64,000 nucleotides of DNA from a virus (Duplodnaviria; Heunggongvirae; Uroviricota; Caudoviricetes), in IMG/VR virus record IMGVR_UViG_3300010403_000023; one strand, 5' to 3'. Under the pieces are notes generated by a model. It had not been told where the DNA came from, did no database searches, and saw only the letters and a program-made list of their open reading frames with translations. Every line of letters begins with the position of its first letter. Positions within the stretch are counted from its first letter, which is position 1. The position numbers and the translations under genes were made by a program. Below, in pieces: positions 63,891 to 64,000 of this stretch.

Positions 63891-64000
63891 TAATGTGGCT
63901 TATGAGTTGGGTGTGGTCCAAAGAATTCAAGTGGCTGTACAGGTGAGGCTACTACTGTGTAATCTCCGTCGTTGGTGTTGTTGAATGTTATTTTTAGAGG
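63891..64000 (-). CDS. partial CDS (C-terminal end only); continues beyond the window
   Basis: On the - strand the stop TAA is directly followed by the ATG of the next gene. Confidence 0.35.

Overview
The window looks like a 64-kb segment of a large tailed-phage (Caudoviricetes-like) genome, possibly within a bacterial chromosome. It is AT-rich, the secreted proteins carry Bacteroidetes-style signal peptides, and no Shine-Dalgarno sequences are visible. Host assignment is inference only.

Layout:
- 0.7-13 kb: about 27 small + strand genes of the early or accessory kind. Almost every one is followed, and often also preceded, by a copy of one dispersed repeat.
- 13-52 kb: a - strand block. It holds a ParB-nuclease-domain protein, an SPFH/flotillin-like membrane protein, a putative large terminase and a 2748-aa virion protein with an N-terminal lytic-transglycosylase motif. 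These are followed by many structural proteins: an 883-aa portal candidate, a scaffold candidate, a 527-aa capsid candidate, a 1045-aa fibre-like protein, Gly-rich secreted proteins, small membrane (holin-like) proteins and an Fn3 protein.
- 52.4-56.3 kb: a + strand chaperonin operon. It encodes a clear GroEL/Cpn60 homologue (516 aa) immediately preceded by a 572-aa protein made of about five tandem GroES/Cpn10-like domains.
- 56.4-61.4 kb: a 1655-aa - strand protein.
- 61.7-63.3 kb: more small + strand genes, including a second RepL-like winged-helix paralogue.

The most striking sequence-level feature is a dispersed modular repeat family of about 40 copies in both orientations. Its core is ACGG-[AGC|TGCC|TGCT]-(G)TCGCAA inside a roughly 60-80 bp extended element: an AATAGCATTCC arm, the core, a CAATAGATAAA box and a CTGCTGCAAAAA tail.
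- Copies sit between nearly all early genes.
- Inverted pairs flank three tiny ORF cassettes inserted between structural genes.
- Copies supply stop codons and shared C-terminal peptides (RSVAT, GAIAT, NSSPNPARSVATG) to many ORFs.
- Two copies lie in frame inside the 2748-aa gene.

Other notable features are a conserved TTACTCAC box about 20-25 nt upstream of many early start codons, a second small hairpin repeat family, and operator-like palindromes upstream of both RepL-like genes. No tRNA, rRNA, CRISPR array, integrase or replication-enzyme gene was recognised in the window.
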